A DNA stretch of 64,000 nucleotides, taken from assembly GCF_009914755.1 (NCBI RefSeq), contig NC_060930.1; one strand, written 5' to 3'. This DNA is from the human T2T-CHM13v2.0 reference genome, Homo sapiens. Positions within the stretch are counted from its first letter, which is position 1. Each line of letters opens with the position of its first letter. Of the stretch, positions 14,992 to 28,464 are shown one piece after another. The translations under genes were made by a program, and so were the position numbers. The notes below the pieces were generated by a model. It saw nothing but the letters and a program-made list of their open reading frames with translations. It had not been told where the DNA came from and did no database searches.

Positions 14992-15185
14992 AGTAGTGTA
15001 GTGGTTAAACACGGGAACTCTACAACCAGCTACTTAAGTCAAAATCCTGACTTCACTACCTACTAGTTGTGTGATCTTGAGCAAGCTATCAACACACTCG
15101 GTGCCTCAGTTTCCTCACCTATAAAATGGGTATATGAGTACTCACCTCATATGACAACTTTAAGCATTAAATGAATAAGTACAAT
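14992..15185 (+). mobile_element. MIR SINE
   Basis: 'gtagtggttaa...tactagttgtgtgatcttgagcaag...gtgcctcagtttcctcacctataaaatggg'. Confidence 0.85.
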
Positions 15186-15766
15186 TCTTTTAATAGTAAC
15201 TTTACCCTGTCACTGTTACAATCATATTTTGCTGACATTATGCAAACGTTCTCTTAGATTTTGTTGTATACAGTGCATATTTGATCTTTCTTACTAACTC
15301 GAAACTGACTATGCAAATAAAAGTTTGGTATTTTAAGGTCTAGTGCTGTCCTTGAGATCTAGATAAAATCGGTGTACAACTGGACACTGCTGTAATTTGG
15401 GCCTTCTGTATAATAGTTTAGTTTTTTGCTTAAAGTCTCCCTATAATTGCCAACTCAGTAAACCCTTTAATTTCAAATATACAATGATGCATAAAAGTAT
15501 GGTGCCGTAGTCAGAATAAATTTTAAAATGATCTAATCAAATGGATGTTAGAAAAAAAATAAGGTGAGTTTGACATTGTAATGTCCATATAGGTTTTGAG
15601 GTAATACGGATCGTTCTTGAGGTAACATGGATCGTTCTTTTTTCTTCTGACAATAAAGAAAAATATGTTTTCACTTTTTTGTGTGTGCTTTTTAATGCAC
15701 ATAACCATCAGTGCCAGTGCACTTAAGTAATACAAAAAACAAGACCCTCCCCCTACCCCTCCCGCT

Positions 15767-15797
15767 CACACACACACACGCGCGCACACACGCACAC
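15767..15797. repeat. (CA)n/(CG)n compound microsatellite
   Basis: cacacacacacacgcgcgcacacacgcacac read directly. Confidence 0.9.
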
Positions 15798-15999
15798 CCC
15801 TGAGCATATCAGTGGAAGATACAGGCGTTTCTTATGTAGAGCATGATCATTGTAGCCTTGATTGATGAGTTGAGGGTCCTTATGTACTAAGGAAAGCTGG
15901 TGTTAAATATAGGCTCATGTTAGAGCTTGAGAAGCTGTTTTGAAGTGTAGAAGGGAGTGTAGAAGGGAATCAGTATTACTCTGAACAGAATTATACTTT

Positions 16000-16170
16000 G
16001 TCTCCTAGCTCCATATATTTTAGCTGTGTAATCTTGGGAAAGTTATTCAAACCCTCTGAAACACAGGATCCTATTTCATAATGTGAGTACAAATACTGTA
16101 CCTATGTTATAAAATCATTGCAGTAATAAACAGAAGCACCTCCATGCTCTGCAAACTCTCAAAAAAGTAA
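16000..16170 (+). mobile_element. MIR fragment
   Basis: 'tagctgtgtaatcttgggaaagttattcaaaccctctg' matches the MIR core. Confidence 0.65.
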
Positions 16171-17674
16171 TGTTTATTCTATTTTGGGGGATGGGGTGGG
16201 GTATGAGGACTGTATTTATGTTAAATGAAAAGAAGGGAATATTCCAATGAATAAAAAAAAAGTACGTGTGAAACATTTAGAAAAATTATAGGAGAGGTTT
16301 TTGAACTCTAGAATAAAATGCTTAGAATATAGGAATTTCTAAGTAAACATCAAGTTATGAACAAATCAGTTCCTTTATCTTCATGAAGAAAAATGTAAAT
16401 AATTCTTCAGAAAGCTTTTTTTTGATAATTATAAAATATTTACAGAAGTCAGGGAAAAAAATAACATCAACAGGTCTGAAGCAGATTTCTAGCAGAAGAA
16501 GAGCTAACAAAGGCTTGCCCTCTGTCTCTCAAAGAGGCTTAAAAACCAAAGTGGTCCCCTAGTGCAATGATGTCTACTTAAAGCTAGCTGTGTTTGACAA
16601 GTGTCTTAACTTAGAAAAATTTCTTTCTCATTGGTTTTCTCAGCCATCATTGTGTGGGCAGATATTTAAAGTATCTGATGTCAGCTAACCTTCAAAGAAT
16701 CAATAACCAAAGTCAATCACACATATACAAAACCATTAGGAAGGGAAGGCAGGAGCCAGTGCAGTGAACAGCCTCATCTGTCAGATGCTTCATCTCTCAG
16801 TTGATGGTGTTCGCACCGGGGGGAAGGACCTGCGCCAGTGAGGACTCCTGTTCTCCATTCACTCCCATTCATTCACTCATGCCTCAGTAACTGTAGGACC
16901 CTGGGTTGGTGATTAAGACAGAACACGATTAATGACCTTCAAGTCACAGTGGGGAGCCTGGTCACTCATGGACTATAGAAGTGGGCAGAGAACAAGGGCA
17001 CAGCCTGTTCCCCATGTACATGACATGTGGCTGTGGTCTGATTAAAAGCCCTTTTCACCATATCTCTCTGTTATGGGGATCTTTTTAATTTTTTTTCCTA
17101 TTTACATAATATTTCCAGAGTCAAAGGGGGTCTCTTAAAAAGATCACATCTTTGTATTTTTACAACTCTTTAACATTATTTTATCAGACCTGAGGGTGTT
17201 GATGCATGCCTGTTTGTTTCTCATAAACTGATTAAGAAGTCACTGTGATGAATTCAAATGTAACATAATTAGAACTTTTTCATATAAAATTATTTTTCAT
17301 ATGGAAAATATAGATATGAGCAAAAATATCAGTCTCTTAAAAATGAGTTCCTTGAGTACCTTAAAATAGTAAAAAATATGAGAAGGTAGCAGAAATGTAA
17401 ATTTTACACTTACTATCGGATATGCAAAATCATCCACCTCCTCAATTTGCTTCCAGCATCCTGATTACATTAATTTTGCTATCGAATATATGGCTATTTT
17501 TGAAGGACTAAAATTTATAAATATAAAATCTATATTTCTTCTATTTTATAAATCCTGTTTTCCTGAAAATGATTATTATTTTTGCCTTTCTCCACAATAC
17601 AGATAGGCAATTAGGGAACATAGATAAGAAAAGAAGAGATAGTATGTTGCTTTATAAAGCCCTCATTTATTTGA

Positions 17675-18005
<331 letters not shown>

Positions 18006-18677
18006 GATTTATTTACTTTATAAATAAAGAATACATGTAGATATATTGAGGAAACAGAAGAAAAAAGTTACAGCAGTTACCAGATTTCAGAACTGTCTTT
18101 TTCAGTGGTTTTAATAATACTTTTTCATATATTTCAAAAATGTGTAATATTATACTTTTTTATATTTCACTGAAGGGAATTGCCTTCAAGCAAATGCTTA
18201 TAGATGCAACTGGAGTCAGCAGGAAACCTTCTATCGTATGTTGTCCTGCCACAGTAAAACATATTTGGTTATTTGGTTATTTTCCTAAACCACAGATAAA
18301 TAATTCTTACAACATTCGTTTCTAACCACCATTTTACTGATGTGGACACAATGGAAACATTGTTCATTGAAATAAAATGCAAACTCTTGGACTTACACTC
18401 CAAATTTACTAGCTCTTTCTTTTTTAGACTAGAATAGTGGAGAGGAAAAGCCAGGAGCAAATGAGAGCACATCTCAGAGGGAACTCTGAGGACACGAGCT
18501 GTTCCAGACTCCTGAATGTCACCAGCTGCCCAGCCATGGGCTACGGCAGGGTTGCCTTCTCAAGGGCAAATATGCTGGGAGAGTCTTTATTTTCATGTTC
18601 CTTCTTCTCCTTTTTCTTTATAAGATATCTTTTGTTGTTGTTGTTGTTACTGTTGTTTGTTTTCCAAGTTTCTATAA

Positions 18678-19040
<363 letters not shown>

Positions 19041-19164
19041 TGAAAGGTTTTTATGATAAGCATTGCTAACATTTATTGAATGCTAGGTGTCAGGCTCTTT
19101 ATTGAACTCTTTATCTGTAAAAGCACTTGTACTCCCCTCTTTTGTTCAATGCCTTAGACAAAGA

Positions 19165-19980
19165 AGGAAGTTTTGTCAAAATTGCAAGTGATACAAAATG
19201 AGGAGTATTAGCTAATTTGTTGGGGGAGAATAATTCATTAAACTAACTTTATAAGCTAGAAAGAGTGGTTGAAACAAATAAACTGAAATTCAACAGGATA
19301 AACATAACTCTTACATTTAGGTTCGAATAATCTATTTCTTGTGTGGAGAATAGTGAATATTTGATTTGGTAGCATATGGAAGGTAAATTTACATATTTTA
19401 ATGCTAGTTAATCTAACCCAAGAGTGTGGACCTACTGCTAAACACCTAACTCAGTTTTATTGTCTATTAGCTGAAATATAGTGTCCACATCAAGGAAATT
19501 ATTAGTCTAACCTCATTTGCTGCTGGTCACACAGGAAGTGCTCTATTGAGTTCTGGGCACTACATTTTTAGGGAGAAGTTGACAGCAAACTGGAACATGT
19601 TCAAAGGAATAACGGTGAAGGGTCTGGAAACCATATCATATAAGGAATAACTGGGGGAATGTGTTCATTTAGCGAGAGAAAATGACAAGCTGTGTTAACA
19701 ATTTCAAAGGCTGTTCGGTAGAAGAGGGGGTAGACTTTTCCGCAGAGTTACAGAACTAAAATGAATGGTGGAATCACAGAGTGGTAAGTTTAGGCTCCCA
19801 GAAGAAAATGCTTTTCTAACAATTACAGTTATTCGTGAACAGGCTGACTCAATAGTGGCGAGTTGCTGGCCACCAGGAGTGACCTGTGTACCCACCTGTC
19901 TGAGCAGCAGGAGGGAGGGTGGGGCTGCTGGCTCTTGGGAGTCTGAGACAGAATCTATGATGGTCCTTTCGTGTACTCCC
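19165..19980 (+). mobile_element. L3/CR1 LINE fragment (RT C-terminal region to 3' end)
   Basis: 'caaaattgcaagtgatacaaaatgaggag...aagctagaaagagtgg...ctgaaattcaacagg...ttacatttagg...gttctgggcactacattttaggg...aaactggaacatgttcaaagg' follows the order of CR1 motifs (KFADDTKLGG, MKFN, LHLG, FWAPHF, KLEXVQR). Confidence 0.8.
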
Positions 19981-20097
19981 TGTAAGAGGCATAGTCAGGA
20001 TCTAGGGCAAAATTTTCTCTTTTAAATTTAAACTGAAGTCCATCTTCATATTCGCGATGACCCACTCAGGATTCTTTTATGCATTTAGAGAAAATGG

Positions 20098-20147
<50 letters not shown>
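20098..20147. repeat. (CT)n(CA)n compound microsatellite
   Basis: Directly visible. Confidence 0.98.
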
Positions 20148-20148
<1 letters not shown>

Positions 20149-20654
20149 TGTATTTTATATCTTTCTTCCTTTTGCCATTTCTTAACTGGGATAAAAGAGG
20201 TCAAGATGGGTAGCCAAGTGGCAGTAAAATACATTTGAATCAAAGTCACATTCAGCAACCATAGCAGAAATATTTTCCCAAGGTTTATTTCTGATTCTAA
20301 CTGCAATAGTTCATGATCTAGCTTGGCGTGTGTCAACCAGGTTGTCGCTTTGTACCTTGTGTGGGAAAAGATATACTGGAAACAGAGTAAGAGGTAAACA
20401 CTAATAATGTTTGCCTTGATGGCAAAAATCGTGTTGCAAAGGTGTGTTGTGTTTTCTTGGGAATCGTAGGGTAGAAACATTACGTGAAAAGAACAGATTA
20501 AAAATTGCTGTTGTCAGCATCCATCTTTGTACAGTTTTCTAAAGCTTTTTCTGTATATGTATTAGTGACTATGGTATTCTTTATTGTAAATCCTTCACTC
20601 ATGCTGATATCTAAAGATAGGTCCTACATTTATGAATTGAGAGATGGTGACAAG

Positions 20655-20777
20655 TCTTTCCTTTCCTTCCTCTTTTGCTTTTTCCCTTCCATCGTCTTCT
20701 TCCTCCTCCTCCTTTTCCTCCCTTCTCCAGCTCCCCCATCTGTTCTCTTCCTCCTCATTTTCTTCTTTTCTTTTCCT
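20655..20777. repeat. Polypyrimidine low-complexity tract
   Basis: About 120 bp almost entirely C/T (tcc/ttc repeats). Confidence 0.9.
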
Positions 20778-21029
20778 AACAAAGGGGCATGCCTTTTTTC
20801 TACCCTTGAAACCCCAGGGTACAGATTGAGAGTGCTTTTGGTTTCTTCCTGGCATTTCACCTTTTTCCTGTGCTTTGCTGTTTACTGACTCTACAACTTT
20901 GCAATGTCCTTTTGGTAAAGCAAACAGGACAGCCTAACCTGTGGAGAAATTATTAATAAAATTTCAAGAAGTCAACTCAGCATGGACTGAATAATGAAAT
21001 TTGGAATGTTTTCCCTATTGTTGCCTGGA

Positions 21030-21330
21030 TCCAGCCAGGCAGCTTTGGCCCGGGTGGCTCAGCCCAGCTTGCCCTGTGTGGTTTAAGGCCTTTAACTATG
21101 AGGCAGGTCATTAACCGGCTGGTGAAGCAGCAGCACATTGTTCTGTTATTTTCAAACCACAACAGCCTCTGTGGAATCCAAGAGCCATAAAAATGTAGTT
21201 CTGATGCTGCCTGACAGAGGCATAATTCATGAACTCTATAATTTAAAGGGATTTCAATGCAATTGTAAAACTAATAAAAAATGAATTGCTTTTGGGGAAC
21301 ACTGGTACCTTATTTAATCAATTGATTCTA
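21030..21330. promoter_or_regulatory. Candidate enhancer (RUNX/SOX/HOX/MEIS motif cluster)
   Basis: TGTGGTT 21077-21083, CATTGTT 21136-21142, AACCACA 21155-21161, CCATAAAA 21185-21192 and TGACAG 21212-21217 in sequence with no recognised repeat. Motif evidence only. Confidence 0.4.
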
Positions 21331-21360
21331 CTAATTTAAAAATACAGTTGGCCTGGTAGC

Positions 21361-21410
21361 TGTGTGTGTGTGTGTGCGTGCATGTGTGCGTGTGTGTGTA
21401 TGTGTGTGTG
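21361..21410. repeat. (TG)n interrupted microsatellite
   Basis: Directly visible. Confidence 0.95.
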
Positions 21411-21699
21411 AAGATAAGTAAGATTAAATCTGATGCCAACAGTTAGTTTCACGTACATAACATTGCTTTTGGACCAAAAACAAAAAAAAAAAAAGAAAGA
21501 AAAAGAATCTCAGAACAATGTATGTCCTGTAGCCAGTAACAAAGTGTTTCTCTCTGCACCTTTTTATCATTTCCCCCCCAGAGGTTGATTATGCCCAAGT
21601 TAAAAAAAAAAAAGTTTTGGTAAGTTACTAGAAGGTTTAAATTTCAGTCTGGATTTTTTTTTTAAAGCCTCAAATGAAAGGCTTTCTTTAATCAGATAA

Positions 21700-22200
21700 C
21701 TGACCAGCCAGTAATTTTAGCCCAACTATGACACACCAGTTGGCAGGTACAGAGGTGCGCAGCCCTAAGCCTTTGCCTCTGTCCCCGTTTCTCTGCCCGC
21801 TGGGACTGTCATTGAGCTTCCGTGTCTTACTGCTGGTCCCCAGAGACTGCCTCCAAACATCCTGAAGTTCAGAAAACGAGAGGCAGCTGTCAGAGGTGAC
21901 CACGCAGAGGGCACAAGAGGGACTCCGTCCCTCCATCACCCCACCTGGGGAGAAAAAATAGGGCCGCCCCACACCGCAGCTGTCTCAGATCCAGAGCATC
22001 TACGTTTCAAATTGATCCCTGATTTCCTGAAACCTTGGCTCTGAAGTTGTTTAGGAGGCTTCGGTGGGGCTTTAAATACAAGCACATTAACTCGTCTATT
22101 TTAACTCCCCCATCATGAGTAATGGCAGCTCAAAAATGCCCTCTATGATGTCACGTCACAAAAGGCTCAGAAAATTATCCCTTTCCCCTATTGTCTGTCT
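21700..22200. promoter_or_regulatory. Candidate promoter/enhancer-like GC-richer segment
   Basis: Locally higher GC and CpG outside repeats; GC/CACC box 'gggccgccccacacc' 21961-21975; overlapping CRE-like sites 'tgatgtcacgtca' 22146-22158. Confidence 0.35.
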
Positions 22201-23379
22201 GTTTTCTTTTGTTCCTTCTCTACTCACCACGTTCACTGGCAGCCATGAATAAAATGTAACATGCTAAATGACTGACATCCATTAAAGCCCCTCGACAAAC
22301 CTTGGGCCGTGTTTTGAAAGGGCCCTGGAAGAAAAAGGATTGTGTGCTCTTTGAATCTTGGTCTGCTGAACGCCTGCCAAGTGAAGGCTGCTCCATTCAA
22401 AGGGCTGAGTGAATAAATGAGAATAACATCCTTGGGGACCCACGGGATCAGTTTACTCCGAAAATGCTCAGCTTCACAAAGGGTCAGAGTCACAAGGTAA
22501 ATGAAAATGGCTAGAAGAGGACTTTGATGGCCGAAACACTGTAACAGTAGAGGACTTGAAAGAAAACTTTATTTAAAAAAAATAAAAAAGAGGAAAAAGA
22601 GAAAAGCGGGGGCAGGGGAATCTCAGAAAGGGAAAATCGGTTTATAAGAACAAAATGCTTTGACAGCGACATCAGTGAATATTTGTTTATAAATTATACA
22701 CAGGTAGTATATACATAAATGTATGTGCTTGTGAAAATGTATAAACTTTTCATCCACATCTGTAAAAACCATGAACTAATTTTACTTTACACATGAATAA
22801 AAACTGGGTCAAGCCTGTTAGCTCATTTTCTTGGTGGGCTACAAGTACTCTAATTGTCATCTTAGTTGCAAGTGATAAAATCTGCAGTCCCATCAAAGAT
22901 GCCATTTCTTTGGATCACTCCTTGTTTGTTTGTTTTTTTCCACACACCATTTCTCAGTCAGAATGATTTCTATTTAACCACTTTAATGGAGGTGAATTAG
23001 AAGCAGTTTTTAGGCAAGGAAATCAGAAAAACCACAAGAATTCTTGACATGTTTCCACAGAGACCCCTGCATGGTGCCTGACACAGGTCACTCATACCAG
23101 ACCCTCGGGCCCCTGGCCCTTTCAGCTAATTTTTAGGTGTATAGACTGTGGTAGTTTAAAGAAATCCTGCGAATTAGTTATATCAGATTATCTCTTGTAA
23201 AGATGTAAGTGAAGTTTAGGTCTCTCCTTTAAAAAGAAACTCAGCTAATGATAATTATGACAGAGGTAGGAGCTAAAGTAGCTGAAGTAGAGGAAGGAGA
23301 ATTGTGGCAAATGACGGCCTTGCCCCTGCAGGTCTGGTTTCTAGTAGAGGTGACATCAGACAAACTCAACCTTGAACGG

Positions 23380-23835
23380 TGGGGTGGGTGAAATGTGTCC
23401 CTCTCCCTTCCAAAGGTCTGTCCACCCAGAACCTGTGACTGCAAGCTTATTTGGAAAAAGGGTCTTTGCAGATGTAGTTAAATTAAGGAATCCAGGGTGA
23501 GCTCATCATGGATTAGGATGGGCTCTAAATCCAAGGACAGTGTCCTCTTTAAAGAAGAGAGGGGAGAAGACAGGGAAGAAGGGAATGTGAAGTCAGAGAC
23601 AGAGATTGGAGGAGTGTGTTCCGAAGCCGAGGAATGCCAAGGGTTGTGGGCAACCACAAGAAGCCAGGAGACAGGCATGGATCAAGTTCTCCCTCCCAGC
23701 TTCAGAAGGAACCACCCTGCTGACACCTTGATTTAGGACTTCTGGTTTCCAGAACTGTAAGAGAATAAAGTTCTGTTGTTTTCAGCCACCAAGGTTGTAG
23801 CAGTGTGTTACTACTACTCCGGGAAATGAAGACTG
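23380..23835 (+). mobile_element. MaLR solo LTR (MLT1B/C-like)
   Basis: 'cagaacctgtga...ttatttggaaaaagggtctttgcagatgta...aagccgaggaatgccaa...ccctgctgacaccttgattt...ccagaactgtaagagaataaa'. Confidence 0.88.
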
Positions 23836-24585
23836 ATGACAGTGGCTGGGTGCTGTTGCAATCGTGGACTCATTCATTTTGGGCTTGCTGCTCTCCAGGA
23901 AGAGAGAAAAGAGTTCCTCCTGAGGCAGCTGATTGCATTACTGAGTGACAATGGCACATAGGCACACTCTGTCAGAGGTCTCCCTGGTGATCATTTTTCC
24001 TAAAAGACCTCTGTTTTTCAATCACTAAACATGCATATCTCCTCAGAACAACATTATTTAGCTGATGTTTGTAAAGGAAAAAAAAATATTCCCCCAAACT
24101 CATTGGTCTATGGGAAAAACTCATATTATATTCCAAATATCGTTGGTAACAGAATGGCATGTAAAAGGCTGCTGGTGTTAAGGCCATGGTACTCCACACA
24201 AAGCAACTGCATGTGTTGACTGCAATATTAATTCTTCAGTAATTAAAAATTGATGTTTTAAGCAGTTTATATTCTGATTTACTAGTTTGTTACTTACATA
24301 GAGGAGTCTTGTTACTTATATAGAGGAGTCTTATTGTGTTTTAATAATTTGGTTGGTGGTTTGGGGTTAGTATATAGCACATTTTAACTTTTTCCACTAC
24401 AAATAATGGGAAATTGACTTTCAGTTAATGTTTTCTCAAAGAATGTCTGTTTCTCAAGAATGTATTATGGAAGTTGTGCAGGAGAGGTCTGTATTTCCTT
24501 TTATTGGTATACATATGTGTATACATATTTTAAAAGACCATGACCATACGCTTGGATGAAATCTTCTGTTAAAAGATGTGATTTA

Positions 24586-24888
24586 GACTGGGCATGGTGG
24601 CTCACACCTGTAATCTCAGCACTTTGTGAGGCCGAGGTGGGTGAATCACCAGGTCAGGAGTTTGAGACCAGCCTGAACAACATGGTGGAACCCCATCTCT
24701 ACTAAAAACACAAAAAATTAGCTGGGCATAGTGGTGGGCCCCTGTAATCTCAGCTACCCAGGAGGCTGAGGCAGGAGAACCACTTGAACCTTGGTGGTGG
24801 AGGTTGCAGTGAGGCAAGATCATGCCACTGCACTCCAGCCCAGGTGACAGAGTGAGACTCTGTCTCAAAAAAAAAAAAAAAAAAAAAG
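24586..24888 (+). mobile_element. Alu (AluSg-like), full length
   Basis: Sense Alu with long poly-A; TSD aaaagatgtgattta(g) at 24571-24586 and 24889-24904. Confidence 0.97.
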
Positions 24889-25152
24889 AAAAGATGTGAT
24901 TTAGTATCTTTACCTATCTGAATTAGAAACATTAGGGAGTGGCCGATTTAATTTAGATTTAGGATACTTTAGTGTTTACAAGTTATAGTAGATTCTTCTT
25001 CAGTTTTCATATATGGTACTGGCTGAAACAAACTTTTGAATACTGGTCATTGCTTTAAAATAAAGGTTTTAGAACATAAAATGTTGAAATACACACTTAT
25101 TATGCTTGAGTTTTCAGGATTTAGATTGCACAAAATACTTTCTGTTCAATTA

Positions 25153-25465
<313 letters not shown>

Positions 25466-27410
25466 CAGGAAATACATTTGAGAAAAAGTTTCAAGTAAGT
25501 CTAGTTTTCAATAAAAAGGTTTTAGGTATCAGTGGCCTAAAAAAGTTATCTGTTTTCCTAGATGCTTCAATCATTCCCAAGGAGAAAGATACTGGAAAAT
25601 GTGGTTTGAAGTGTAAATTTATAGAGCAGAGTCATAACCGACAGTTAATATGTAAGTACATATTTGACTGTTTAAAATACGTATGTGGGAAAAAAATCCT
25701 AGTTAAAAAGAGAAAAACATAAATTATCTGGAATAGATTTATCACAATTATGTGTTCTAAAAATCTTATCTTAAAAAAATGCCAAATAAGACTGACACAT
25801 GGAATTCATTATATTCTAGCTAATGGTTTCAATCAAATTTATAACAGAGCTGAGTTGGCAGCAAGCATTCCTGGACCTGTCTCTCCAATCACAGAGTACC
25901 CAGGGACACAGGCATTTACACACGGAGTAAGTTCAGTGTCTGTACTACTAATGGCTAATGTCTCTGCCACCCACATTTTTTACTCTCAGGGACAAAATAA
26001 ATTTTGTTTGTTTGTTTTGCCTCTGTGAAAGGCCAAAATAAACTTTATTGTAGGATAAACGTATTGAATTTTTGAGTTTAGCACTATGATAAGTTCATAG
26101 TAGAGTTGGATGGAATGGAGAACATTGTATTTCTTTTTTGTGGCATGATATGTTTTCAAAACTTAGCAGTTCACACATGGAGAAAATAAGAAAGAACGAT
26201 TTCTTGGCCCTGGCAGTGCAAATTTGTTTGTTTATTTCTTTTTTCATGCATTCAAATATGATTCAAAGTTGACATTTATCTAGATTGTTTTAAAATCCGA
26301 ATTTCTTTTGGAGTATTTTGTTAATTCTTCATACACAATTTATTTTGTTAACTTAAACAAATGAACTATCTTTTTTGTTTCCTTTGGGGTGTGGGGTGAA
26401 AAGAAGAAGTCTAGGTGTGAATGCTTTATTTTGTTTATTAACTACTTTTTACAAAGATGCCTTGAAAAGAATAGAGAGTTGGAAACTGATTGTAAGTAAT
26501 GGCTTCAGTTGAAAGTGCTGAAGAAATTCTTTTCCTATGTGTGCAATTTTGACCTTCAGGGGGCGTCCAAGTGCAGCAAAGCTAAATAAGCTGGCATGCA
26601 CCACCCTGTTTTCATGCTACCTGAGTAACCTTAGCTCAGAAAAATGTAGCAAAAGCCAAAGTAAGCACTCCTTCCTCATCTGTCACTGCATGGACGAGAG
26701 CTGAGGCAGCCATATTTAATCAGCACCAAAGTCTCCCCCTGGGTGATGTTCGTGCCCTTCTGTAATATTTTATTCTAAGCCATTTCCCAGACAGCATTAT
26801 TGATTCATGTCATTATTCTCCCCCAAGCTCCGGGAGCTTGTGCAATGTGATACCAACTGCAGTTCTCTTCATGAACATAACCTCAGAACCGAAAGGTAAG
26901 GTGACTGCTTTTAACATTCAGAATTACCCAGATGGCATATTATGCAGTGTATCATAGGCATTTTAAACTCTTAAAATCAGACACCAATTGGTTATAATGC
27001 TTTTGCTAAAATAGGAAATTACCAAACAAAAATAATTTGGCATTTTTTTCTTATTTATGCATTTTTCCCCTTTAACTAGTAGATTTATGCTTGTAGTGAG
27101 AAGATACTGTACTTCAGGTATTTTGTGTGGGAGGTTTGGATGAGAAACTCCCCTCCCCTGGAAGACTCATTAAAAATAATAATACAAATTTATATTTATC
27201 TTGACTAGAGTTCTGAAATTATTTCCTTTCTCCTCTATCAGAGGTAAAGGAGGACAGTAGAATTTTCTTTTTTCCTAATGATAGAAAATAATTTGTGAGA
27301 GGAGACCCTGGTTGTTGAATGTATTAGTGAGTGAATGAATGAATGAAAAAAATACTATATTCATTATTGGGCCCAGAGATCTGTTTACTCTCAGAAAAAT
27401 GGCCCATTGA

Positions 27411-27766
<356 letters not shown>

Positions 27767-28051
27767 ATATGCAAACTCTTATTTACCCCTTTAGACATAG
27801 TATCATAAAACATAACAAATGCTCTGCACAGCTTCCCTCCATCTACATCCTTGTGTACATATCTTTGGATAAAGGTCTGTAAAAGTACCACCTAGATCTT
27901 TGTAATTTTAGCACTAAGTTTCAATTTTATCTTGGGCCAGTGAAGTAATGAAAGTTGAAATGTCCACTCTCCTCCTCATCTTTTGCCTACTCCAGCAACG
28001 TGTTCCAATGCACTAACTGTGGTACTAAACCTGCATCTCTAGTAGCATGAT

Positions 28052-28464
28052 TTATATAGTTTGGATGTCTGTTCCCTCCAAATCTCATGTTGAAATGTGA
28101 TCTGCATTGTTGGAAGTGGGGCCTGGTGGGAGGTGTTTGGGTCATGGGAGCAGATCCCTCATGAATGGTTTGTGCCCTGCCTGCAGTAATTAGTGGTAGT
28201 GAGTTCATGTGAGATCTGGTTGTTTAAAAACAGTGTGGCACCTCTCCCCTCTCTTTCCTGCTCCCTCTCTCACCATGTAATATGCCTGCCTCACCTTCAC
28301 TTTTCACCATAACTGGAAGCCTCCTTAGACTGTCACCAGGAAAAGATGCCAGTGCCATACTTCTCATACAATCTGCAGAACCATGAGCCAAAATAAACCT
28401 CTTTTCTTTATAAATTACCCAGTCTTAGGTATTCCTTTATAGCAATGCAGAATGAACTAATACA
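28052..28464 (+). repeat. MST 5' LTR
   Basis: 'tatagtttggatgtctgttccctccaaatctcatgttgaaatgtgat' to 'gaactaataca'; AATAAA near the 3' end. Confidence 0.9.

Noticed and set aside
20505-20888. Overlapping hydrophobic and charged ORFs
   Set aside because: Artefacts of the stop-poor polypyrimidine/polypurine tract.
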